Assembly (NCBI GenBank): GCA_013239625.1
Contig: MU053561.1
Coordinates: forward strand, 3,116,283 to 3,180,282
DNA length: 64,000 nt
Origin: Lama guanicoe
Lineage: Eukaryota
Direction of reading: 5' to 3'
Below the pieces are notes generated by a model. That model did no database searches. It saw only the letters and a list, made by a program, of their open reading frames with translations, and was not told where the DNA came from. The position numbers and the translations under genes are program-made. Below, piece after piece: positions 52,722 through 64,000 of the stretch; position 1 is the first letter of the stretch; the number at the start of each line of letters is the position of its first letter.

Positions 52722-53765
52722 AGGAGAAGGGGAAAAGTATGGTAAAGAAGCAGGAGTTGCAAATGTTTATGGGAAAGAATGATGGAAAGAATCCCTGCCG
52801 GGTTGTAATATGGAGCCCTGGACATGCCTGTACAATTAAGACAAAGGGACACCATGGTCAGAACTGATGGGCAGAGGTCTCAGATGTGAGAGGGCTGCCT
52901 TGAAACACAGGTGACCAATGGGGGAGAAGTCCTTTTGAGGGGACCGCCTTCTTTCCTCTTGGGAGAGGTTTCTGAATGGAACCTTAGAGATCAAACACTC
53001 CCCTCATTTTACATGAAGAAACTGATGCCCAGGGAGTGATTGGCACTGGATAGTCCCAGGACGGTGGCAGAACTGTTGTGCACCTTGTTGACCTCCCAGA
53101 GCAGTGCAGAGGATAAAAGGAACTTCCAGAAGAAAAGATGGGGCGAATTCTACCTCTTGTCCTATCTGCCTCTTATCCTATCAGCTGTTATTAAGCTCCC
53201 AGCTTGGGAAACAATTAAACTGATGGGCCCAGAGACTCAGTGTTTGCAGCCTTCAAGGCTGCCAAATGTGGATGGCTTCGAGGAGGATTTGACACAACCA
53301 CGGAGGCTTGGCCCAGTCATTGTGAACAGTCAGCAGTTGTATGAAAAATATGATGCAAGTCAATATTTTGAGCCAAGAGTGTAGCACTTTGAGTAAGTAC
53401 TTGCTGAAATGAATAAACATGCTTTTGCAATTAAGGGCTTTACAATAAGATTTGGAAGACTACACGAAGTTAGCATTTTCCATAGGAAACAAGTATTTGG
53501 GAGACTGATGAGTGAGGGATCTGGAAGGACAGAAGTCTCTGTGGCCCAGCTTGCACTAGAAGTAGTGTGAAATAATATTAAGCATGCACCTTTGCCTTTT
53601 ACTATTGGCTTGGTACCCCAAAAAGCCACCTAGCTGCCACTGTCACTGGGTTAAAGCCAACTCTTCTCACCATCCCAAAGTTCCTCCTTGCCAATATCTA
53701 TCTCACCATTGCAAATCTATTTTTTCCCATCTAGCAGCAGACCTGCTTTAAAAGCACAGTTCTAG

Positions 53766-54291
53766 ATGTGGTGTACACACGTACGTATGTACACACACAC
53801 ACACACACACACACACAGGAATACTACTCAGCCATAAAAAAGAATAAAATAATGCCATTTGCAGCAACATGGATGGACCTGGAGATTGTCAAAGTGAAAT
53901 AAGCTAGAAGGAGAAAGAAAAATACCATATGGTATTAATCATATGTGGAATCTAGAAAAAAATGACACAAATGAACTTATTTACAAAATAGATACAGACT
54001 CACATAGAAAACAAACTTGTGGTTACTAGAGGGGAAAGGGGGTGGGGAGGGATAAATTTGGAGTTCAGATTTGCAGATATTAACTACCATATAAAGTAGG
54101 TAAACAACAAGTTCCCACTGTATAGCACAGGGAACTGTATGCAATACCTTGTAATAGCCTATAATGAAAAAAAAACATGAAAAGGAATATATATTTATGT
54201 ATAACTGAATCACTATGCTGTACACCAGAAATGAACAAACGTTGTAAACCAACTATACTTCAATTAAAAATAAAAATAAAGTAAATAAATG
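53766..54291 (+). mobile_element. 5'-truncated L1 3' end with 15-bp TSD and internal (CA)n
   Basis: TSD aaagcacagttctag at 53751-53765 and 54292-54306; L1 3' motifs gaatactactcagccataaaaaag...atggatggacctggag; A-rich tail. Confidence 0.92.
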
Positions 54292-55419
54292 AAAGCACAG
54301 TTCTAGGCAGACCTAGACCATCAAAAATCTGTTGGCTAAATAATTTTGACTCTTGAACTTTTCCTCTCTGACTCCCTTTTCCATTCTCCTAGCTCCCTTT
54401 TAAAGCTCTTTAGTATGCTTGTAAACATATTTTCTTCTGTTAATGATTTTTGAAGCCCTTCAGTTTTGCCCTGGAAATTTAGAAAAGTCAACATTTACTT
54501 GGTACCTGTCCTGGGAGCTGTTATCAAACACACAGAGTCAAGTCCTCCATCATTTTCCTCAGCACTCCTTCAATGCAACTGCCCCTTAAATAATTTGCAC
54601 TTATTAATAGCAGTCTTTGCCAATGAAATAGTTAGAAAGGATTCTTTGGTTGTTTCCCAAGTGTTTTACCCCAGGTCCACAACAGTTACATGGCAACAAA
54701 GAGGAAATCTGGACCGAAAAATACTCTATTACCGGAGTTCCATCTGCACCCAGACAATAGAGACATAGCTTCAGGCAGGCTTACAACCCGACGTGGGTGA
54801 GCTGGAGGTGAAGAGATGGCAGGAGATAAGTGTCATGGAACCCTTCTTGTTCTCAGGGGAACACAGCCATGAGCACTAAGGAGATGAGTGTTGCCTTTCG
54901 GGTGGATGGATTTGCTATTCTTGGCCTTTAAGTCTTCTATAGAAAAACAATTGAGAAAGTCTTGTGGAAGCTGGTCCTGCTGAGAACGGGACTCTTCCAT
55001 AGATGAGTCTGCACTAAAACTGGGTTTCAGGGACTGTGCAAGATTTTCCCTTTCGTAGAATGAAAAGTTACCTAAACAGGTGAGACTACAAAACCATCAA
55101 AAAGTGGCTTTGTTCATTGATAAAAGTCTGAGAGCTTTTGTAACAGCAGTAGAAAGTAACCAAAAAGTAGGTCAGGGACCAAAATAGTAACCAGCTCAAT
55201 TCATTTTTAACAGCTTAGGTTTTACTCCAGAGGCTGCCATTGGTTGATGGGTAACCTCCACATGTGGACTCTTACTGATAGGCCCCTAAGAAAGGTTCCC
55301 TCTCTTTCTTCCCCTCTCCAGCCGCTACCTCTGGCACTCTACACTGTTTAACAGAAGTAAGAGCTAGTTCAGGCAAGACAAAAACAAAAACAAAAAGCAG
55401 AATAGCCATTATTGGGCAG

Positions 55420-56000
55420 CTACTCTGAGCCTAGCACCGTGCTTGGTGCTGCCATATAACCACGACTAAGACACATTCCCTACCCTCAAATAGTCTACCA
55501 TCTGGCATAAAGAAAGACATGCAAAGAGGTACTAGTAACCCAGGGAGAGGTGCTTTATCAATGCAGTGTATTGTGGGGGCATGAAGCGGGGAGTGGTCAG
55601 TTCTGCCCGCAGAGCTGGAAAGGATTCCTTGGCTGGCTTTTGAAAGATGGTTGGGAATTCATTAAATGGAGCCGTGTGTGTGTGCGTGTTTCTGTCATGG
55701 GGGTAGTTGCAAGCAAAAGTGGCGGCATGAGTGAAACCTTCGGTACCTAAACAAACTCAGTCTGTTGGAGGACTGGCTAGTAGTTTAAAATCGCTAGAGC
55801 ACAGATTGTGAGAGAGGACACAGCAGGAGAGAAGCCTGCAGAGGTGAGCAGGGTCCAAATTGTGGAGGACTTCGATGCCCTCTGAGAGCCTGGACTTTAT
55901 CCTGTAGGTCACAGGGCACACTGCAGGGTTTGAAGCAGGGGGGTGGCATGATCAGATTTGTGCTTTGGAAAGATTTCTCTGGGAGTACCAGAATCCAGGG
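55420..56000 (-). mobile_element. L2 LINE remnant
   Basis: tggactttatcctgtaggtcacagggcacactgcagggtttgaagcagggg...atgatcagatttgtgctttggaaagat. Confidence 0.6.
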
Positions 56001-59000
56001 ATAAGATTTCACAGTCAGCGCATTTACCAAAGCTCTTCCAATCGTATTATTGAATTCAGAATCTCAAGACACCTGCATTTCCCCATCTATCTTTCAGATG
56101 GCATGCTAAGTTTATTTTCTTCCTTTTTTGTGCATATACATACATGTCTTGATCCCCATTATCATCTCAATTATCCACTACTTTCCCCAAACAGAGGTTT
56201 TCAAATTGCCAGATATGATGAAAAACTGGGATTTGGACATAAATTAAACAATCTGTTAGTCTACAAGTCCCTGATCCCGGAAGATGATTCAATTGCTGGG
56301 AAGGTACAGCATTTTACCCAGTTTTCCTAAATTTTTTGCTGAACTGAATTCTAAATAGACCAAGGGCTTTGTTGGCTTCCCCTTCTCTCAGAAATGGGTT
56401 CTTGAAGCAGCTTCACTGACTAAAGGAAAATCAGGCCACCTGGCTCCCAATCGCTTGTATAAAGACTGGGACTCTAGAGGATAAAGAGAATGGAGTAAGA
56501 GGCCAAATGAATGAATGTTTGGCTTCAGTGGTCCATATTGTTCAAGTAAAAGATGTCTCCATGCCAACAAAGTTCAGCTCTTTATTTTTTTGACAACTCC
56601 CTGTCAATTTGACATTTAGCATCTGGTAGTGGGCATGGCAGTAGAGGTGATGGTGGAAATGGTGAGGTGGCAGTCCTAGAGGGGGTGTGGGGGAGAGGAG
56701 GCAGTAATGGTAAAGATGGCAGACTCAGAACAGTTGATCAAATAACAGGATCTCAATCAAACACCTCCTTCAAGCAAGAGCATCTTTCTGACTCACATGA
56801 AGGTTTTTAAGTCTGTTTTATCAGTAACCATATCACCAGGCTGATATGAAGATTAATTGACATGATATTCTCAATGAAATGTTGCCTGTCACATAGTAAC
56901 TGTTCAAACAGTGTCATGATTTTAAATTCCTACTCTTCCTGGGAGAAGTAAGGTTCAAGGAAGGATGAAGGCATCTGTGAAAATTTGTCTAGAGGAGGAG
57001 GGAGTGAGAGCAGAGTCTGCTTTAGGCTGGCTTTCCTCTCCCCCATACAGGATCCTCCTGTATCCAACAGCAGGCCTGACTGCAGATATACAGCCAGCTT
57101 GTAGCAGAAACCAGAGTAAGGAGTGCAGGAGACGGAAAAGCAGAGGTTGGGCAACACTGCACCTGTCTGAACTGGCCTGGTTATCACCAACCGCAGGTGA
57201 GGACAGGGAAATAAACACAGCACTGGCCTTGCCAAAAATTTGCGCCTTCAGGATAAGAAGCCTGAATATCCATGTGCTGGACTCCAGGGGCTGATGCCGC
57301 ACAACCTCTGGGGGGGGGGCGGGGGAGAAAGCATTGTCTCCAAATGCAATTTAACACATTTAAAGGCTTTCTTATTTTTTTCCTTTTTACTTAATAAAAG
57401 AAAGAAAGATACCATCTGCTAATGCAACCGGTAATTGGCAAGGGCGAGTTCTTACACCTTCCTGAGAACAGACCCAAGAGGAGGCTGGGTTTCAGGACCA
57501 TCACTCTTGTTCCTGGAATTAGCAGCTGAATCCTGCAGGCACTGGGCTGCAGGCTGGAGCTGCAGGGAGTCGGCGGGGACCAGGGATCCACTTCCCTCTC
57601 GTGCTTTTACTCTCATCAACCAGAAGTGCTCACATTCAATGTACTCTCTTCCCCCTTTCATTTTTTTTCATAACGGAAAAAAAAAGGCTATGTTAAAGTT
57701 TTGAATTAAGAAACAGTTGCCATCTAGGTAATTGAATTCTGCTTGAAGGAGGACACCTGGTTCTCATCAGCGGCTCATGGTAGGTATGGAAGTGTCAGTT
57801 AAGGTCCTGCACTGACTTCTAAACACAGGCTCATGGTCCATGTGCAGCGCAGAAAGCTTAATTTCTGAAGAGCGAAAGCCATTCTTTATCAACGCATGGT
57901 GAATTTCTTAGGCTGCAGACATTTAGGATTATAGCAGTAATGTTGGTCTCATCTGTTCCTAGCCACATGCTGTTTTAAAAAGAAAAGAAGAAAAAAAAAA
58001 CCATGGAAAGCTAGTATTCTTTGGCTTCCTGTTTGGACAGTCATGTCATAAAAATATGTGTGAGTAAAATCACCTTGCTCTCCTTGAGGATTCAGGAGGC
58101 TGAGTCTTTCCAGCTATTCAGTGGAGAGAGGGGTGGGGAGCCTGAGGGGAATGTCAGGGGTCTATCTATAGGCTGGATGCTACGCCCTGCCCTTCTCAGC
58201 AACCTTTTCGGTCAACAGCCACCCCTGTTCTCCAAAGGGAGGCACCATCAAGCAGCAGGAATGGGGTTAGTCCTATTCCCCTACCTCAGATTCCCACATG
58301 CCAAGAAAAGGAGTCAGGAGTTCTGCATGCAGCTAGCAGCCCAGGCTGCCTGGGTCAAGTGCACCTTCCATTTACATGCATAGCCAGAGCTGGCAGCAAG
58401 CAGAAGGGTTGGCAAGGACAAGATTTAAAAGGAAACAGAAAAAGGCTGGGAACTTGAGTGATCTTGAGCAAGTCCGTATGCCTTCCTTTGAGTCCATTTC
58501 CCAGAATCTAAAATGTCTACAACGGAATTGAGTGCAGTTAGGGGTCGTGATCAGGCAACATGTGATTTCTGAGTTGCGAGGAAAGTTCTGAATTGGACAG
58601 AAATCTTGCTCACAGGGGAGTATGGGTTTCATAAGGACACTGAGCTTATGGAATGAGAATTCTACACCCCAAATAACCTGGTCTGCCCTCTTTTGAGTTG
58701 AGTCTGCCAGGCTGCACTGCTGTACCCAGCATCACAGACCACCTGCTTAATGTCACAGCGAGACCCCAGCCCTTACTTTTTCCACCACACCATGCTGTTT
58801 CCTGAGCCTTAGGACCACTAGAAAACATCTACTCAAGGACAGAGATGTTTTGCTTCCAAAGAAAAAGATGAGGGTTATCCAAAACATGTAATTTAAAGGA
58901 CCAGCTTTTTTAAAATAGAATTTTCCATGATGCTGTGTGTACTCATATAGGTTCATCCTAAACAATCTCACTCAACCTCTTTTCACTCACCTAAGGGAGC

Positions 59001-59009
59001 TGCATCCGA

Positions 59010-59078
59010 ACACACACACACAGGTATACATACATACATACACACATACACACATACACACATAGACAAACGCACACG
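59010..59078. repeat. Compound (CA)n/(CATA)n microsatellite
   Basis: Seen directly. Confidence 0.85.
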
Positions 59079-60475
59079 TTACTGTTTTAAATTTGAGTGA
59101 GTTCAAGGAAGCCTCTTCTTTTTTTCAAAATGGGACCAAGGTAAAATTAAATTAAAAATTTTTGCAGGGTTCCTAGGCTCAGGGTTTCCTGGGAAGCCTG
59201 TTCTGTGTCCAGTGACAGTGTCCTGGACCTGGCATCGTACCCATATGGGGTTTCTCCAGCTGCTCGGGGACATGCCCAGCCCCACTCCGTGGCTGTCTTG
59301 GCTCCAACATCTTCAGACTTTTCTCCTCCTTTGCCGGCTGTTGGAGAAGGAGCACTTGGACGAGAACACAGAGGGCAGTAGCTTGGGGGCCAGGGCCTGG
59401 GTGTGGAGCTGGGGTAAGGCTTGGGCAGATGACAAACAGAGGTCAAGGGGGAGGGAGGCAGCCAGCACAGCCTGGGGTGGCCTGTTCCAGCTCCCAGCAG
59501 GCTCACTTCTGCTTGCTCGGCCTGGCTAACATCTCTTTTCTTAATCCAATAAAGGGGCACTTGCCTAAATTTGAAAAGGTGCCCTAAGATTATTTCATCC
59601 ACAATATCCTGTCCTGAAGCAGTCGCGTTCCAAGTTCTTCTTCCAAACCAGATTCTGTGTAATGGGGCTCTTTCAATATTGATCAAGAATCACTAATATT
59701 TTATAGCCTCTGAGGCATTACTCTCTCTTTCTTTTCATCTTTCTTGCCAAATGGACAGTCTCTCAAATCTCCTTGTTCCCTTGCCCACCCTTGTTTCCCT
59801 CTCTGCTGCCACATCTGTCTATCCACGGCTCTGCCTTTACACAGAACAGCCTCTGCTCCTGGCCCCATCTGAAAAGTCTCATCAGAAAAACTCCTGCCTC
59901 TGGATCATGCTTAATGTACAGAAAATCAGATCCCCACACTTTGGAATGGTGGTGGTGGGCAGTGAAGTACTGATTCTGGGTGGTTCTGCAGAGGGGCTGG
60001 TGGGATCTGTGACCCCGGTGCCCTCTGAGCAAGAGCTGTTGGTTTAGCGGCAAAACTCCTCCCTTTTTCAACATAGGTATCAAAGGCTTCTTTGGTAACC
60101 TCATTTTCCTTTTGAAGGCTGCCCTTCTTACCATAAATCATACCCCACTGATAATAAAAGGTTGCATTTTTATGGGCGAACTCTATCCTGATTTTTCCAT
60201 GGGTGATGCCCACAGCCTCTAAAAACATCGAAAAAACAAATCTGGTGAAATATGGAAAATTTTCACCCTGAGGTTGGGAATGAGTGAGTGATACCCATCA
60301 CCACCACTTCTCCCACCATCATGGAAGTCCTGGGACCAGCTGCTCTACCCACGCCTCTGACAGCCTCCTTCTCCACTCAGTGGTGGGTCATTCCTGCAAC
60401 TCACCTGTGGCTCACATCCTCCTGTTTCTCCATCACTGGTGGACTGAATGTTTCTATGGCAGCCACACCTCCAAA

Positions 60476-60822
60476 GAGATCTAGGGGGAAAAAGACACAA
60501 ATGAACTTATTTACAAAACAGAAACAGACTCACAGACATAGAAAATAAACTTATGGTTACCAAGGGGGAAAAGGGGTGGGAAGGGATAAACTGGGAGTTC
60601 GAGATTTACAGATACTAACTACTACATATAAAATAGATAAACAACAGGTTTCTACTGTATAGCCCAGGGAACTATATTCAATATCTTGCAGTGACCTATA
60701 ATGAAAAAGAACATGGAAACAAATATATGTAAGTATATGTATGGCTGCAGCATCGTGCAGTACACCAGAAACTGACACACCATTGTAAACTGACTATACT
60801 TCAAACAACAAATAAACAAACA
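60476..60822 (+). mobile_element. L1 3'UTR fragment, same family as 53766-54291
   Basis: gacacaaatgaacttatttacaaaacagaaacagactcacagacatagaaaa...actatacttc plus A-rich tail. Confidence 0.88.
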
Positions 60823-61069
60823 GGTCTGAATCTCAGCTCCTTTTAAGGCGGCCTTTTGAAGTTTCCAGGTATCATCATTTATTCACTATCCCTCTGCCCC
60901 AGAGGTCGTAGCTGCTCTCTGCAGTGGCTTCTTCCCTTAGAGGCAACTTCTACCCTTTTGAGTAGTTATCCACCTTCCTACTAGTTGTTAACAAATTTTT
61001 ATATTAAGTTTTTTCTGTTTCAAGTACTGGTCTGGTTTCCATCTCTCCACTGGACTCTGACTGATATAA

Positions 61070-62345
61070 GACCTAAATAAATGCAAGAATAACGTTCATA
61101 GATTGGAAAACTCAATATTGCAAAGAAGTCATTCTCCCTAAACTGAGCTATACATTTAAGAAAACAGGCCTCTCCTAGGTGCTTCTTTGGAAAGTTCTGG
61201 GGTATTAGATAAATATAAAATATCCAGACTAACAAGTGCAATGGAAAGGAAATAGAGAGGAGAGGATTTACGGCAGGAGTCGTCAACTTACATACCTACA
61301 GGAATATAAGTAATGCAGCATATTGCCCTCCAAGTCCATCCATGCTCTACACCAGAAACTAATACAACATTTTAAATTAACTGTACTTCAATTAAAAAGC
61401 AAACAAGCAAACAAACGACCCATTTAAAATATGGGCAGAAGAACTGAACAGACATTTTTCCAAAAGAGGAAATGGAGGTGGCCAACAGGAACATGAAAAG
61501 TTGCTCAGCATCACTAGTATCACGGAAATGCAAATCAAGATCACAATGAGATACCATCTCACACTCGTCAGAATGGCCATCATCAAAAAGAACACAAATA
61601 ACAAATGTTGGCAAGGATGTGAAGAAAAGGGAACGCTTGTATACTGTTGGTAGGAATGTAAATTGGTGTAGCCACGATGGAAAACAATATGGAGGTTTCT
61701 CCAAAACCTAAAAACAGAACCACAACATGGCCTAGCAATTCCGTTCCTGGGCATAAATCCCAGAAAAATAAAAACATTATTTCAAAAAGATACATACACT
61801 CCCCCTATTGACAGCGACATTATTTATGATTGCCAAGATATAGAAGCATCCCAGGTGCACACCAGTAGATGAATGGATAAAGAAGATGCAGCATATGTGT
61901 GTAATGAAATACAACTCACCCAAAAAAAGAGGGATGTTTTGCTATTTGTGGCCCTTCATTCACTTTTTCTTTCTTTCTTTTTTTTTTTGCACTTCAACAA
62001 CCAGAATTTTATAACTGGCATAAGCATTTTCATTGCATCAAAAACAACAGAATACTCAGAAATAAACTTACCCAAGGAGGGTTCCTATACTCTGAAAACT
62101 GTAAAATATTGGTGAAAGGAATTGAAGACGATACAAAAGGAAATGGAAAGATATCTTGTGCTCTTGGATTGGAGGAATACACATTATCAAAATGGCCATG
62201 CTACCTAAAGCAATCTGCAGATCCAGTGTGACCCCTGTCAAAATGCTCATGACAATTTTTCACAGAGCTGGAATAAACAATTCTAGAATTTGTATGGAAC
62301 CATAAAAGACCCCGAATTGCCAAAGCAAAAAAAAAAAAAAAAAAA
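61070..62345 (+). mobile_element. Cluster of L1 ORF2/3' fragments
   Basis: aaaatatgggcagaagaactgaacagacatttttcc...gagataccatctcac; ggaaagatatcttgtgctcttggattggagg...aaaagaccccgaattgccaaagc. Confidence 0.8.
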
Positions 62346-64000
62346 CCTAGAATTCAACAATACTTGACTGTTGCTGCAGTACATTTCTGGAAACCACATG
62401 GAAAATCCTAAATCTGATCTAACTCATGGGATCTGTCTTATAACTGGATGTTGCATTCTTGACCAAAGACTTGGCATCAGATAAATCATAGATACTAAAT
62501 ACGTCATGGAGGCAAAGAATCAGAGTTTAACTGGTAGTTCTTATCCCTGGCTCCTGCATTAGAATTATGAAACGAGATTTAAAACAAATACACCAACAAC
62601 CAAATGTCTAGGCCATGCTGGGAACCCACTGAAGCCAAATGTATGAAGGCAAGCCCAGGTAATCAAAATTTTTTGTTTTAAATCAAGAGCCATGACTAAA
62701 AGAGATAGTTGTCATTTGGCACTTCAAAAAATTAAAAGAGCCACTTGAAAGTAAATCATAAGACTTACTGATTCTCCAAGTGGAAATTTAGAGATCCCAC
62801 ATTGATGAATGAGTCCTCTCACATGACAATAAAACATTGCCTACTGCATCTACTGTCCGCCAAGTTCTGCATGTGAACTAGTGCCCTCAAAGTACAATGT
62901 TCTAAGGCTGATGGTTAGTGAGTTAATGAGTATTGAGAATGTGTAGTGTCTCTGTATTGCGGATTTGCCGGGGAGTCTATGGAAAGGAATAGACACAGTC
63001 CTTACTCTTTAGAGATGATCAAGGAGAGAAGAGCATGGTGATTCCGAAGTTAGGCTTCCAGCAATTTAGAAACACGGCAATGTTGGCCTTCGCTGACAAC
63101 AGCATTTGTATCTGAAAGGATCTCAACCAAATAGATCCAGTTATTCAGAAATTGTGATAATCCAGAGATACATTTCAGGATTCTTCCCTTCCCCTGGCAA
63201 AAGGCTGGAGACAGCTGACTTGGGAAGGGGACCCTCAGCTCAGCCTCTGGGGCTCCTCCAGGTGCAACCAGTGTGGCAGGAAGGCAGTCCCTGAGAGCCA
63301 GCCACCGCGAGGCTCCAAGAAGGGACCAGCCCTGTGCCCTCTGCATTGGGCTCATACAAATCCAAGAGGCTGGTTTCTCTTTCTGATTCCAGTTCTTCAC
63401 CATGAATTATGTGATTTGAGGCAGGGCATTTCCTGATGGCTCAGTATATCCACTTTAAAGTCGAAAAATTATATCTACCCCTGCCTACCTCAAAATATAC
63501 TTTAAAGACAAATTAAATTGGATTGAAAGATATCTGAGCGTTTTAACACATTTTTTATCTGATTCTAAGAGTGACATTTATTGAATACAGTTTGGAAACT
63601 ACAGAGAAATAGTTATATGATATAATGAAGAAAATAAAACCCATCTGTAATCACACTCCCACAATCATTATTTTATAAGCATAAAAAAAAACACAAATGA
63701 AGAACATTCTCTATATGCAATTTTATATCCTATTTTTTTAACCTAAGGCTATATAATGGACATCATTATATATCTTAAAATTTTCCTTTAAAAATACTAT
63801 TTCCATTCTGCATAATATTCCGTTTTATGGCAATGTCATGATTTGTTTATTCGTGGTGATATATACAATATGAATATTTTAAAAATATAAAGGAAAGTTA
63901 ATAACCCAAGAAATTATTTATAACAAGTATTATTTATAACACTAGATTTGGAGGTTTTAAAAATATACACATAACAGTTGGAAACAATCTCAGAAGCACA

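Overview
This is mammalian genomic DNA, most likely camelid, judged from repeated tRNA-derived SINEs of the camelid Vic-1 type and a cetartiodactyl-type ATP1A1 exon 2. It contains one complete protein-coding gene, ATP1A1 (Na+/K+-ATPase alpha-1), on the minus strand. I traced all 23 coding exons by hand. Every intron is GT-AG, and the spliced CDS is 3066 nt (1021 aa plus TAG), running from ATG at 49287 to the stop at 20551-20553. The gene has a CpG-island promoter (ATF/CRE, GC box, TATA-like element), a (GGC)12 repeat in the 5'UTR, a candidate alternative first exon encoding MAFK, and an AATAAA signal at 20030-20035. The rest is intronic or intergenic DNA with L1, L2, MIR, tRNA-SINE and MER/Tigger remnants and two N-gaps. 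The main unexplained signals are: a ~65-bp intronic inverted repeat whose mismatches favour pairing on the antisense strand; two promoter-like islands downstream of the gene that could drive an ATP1A1-AS1-like antisense RNA; a CUG-initiated poly-Ala uORF candidate across the 5'UTR repeat; and a Gly4->Arg change in the N-terminal leader. No prokaryotic or CRISPR-type systems are present.
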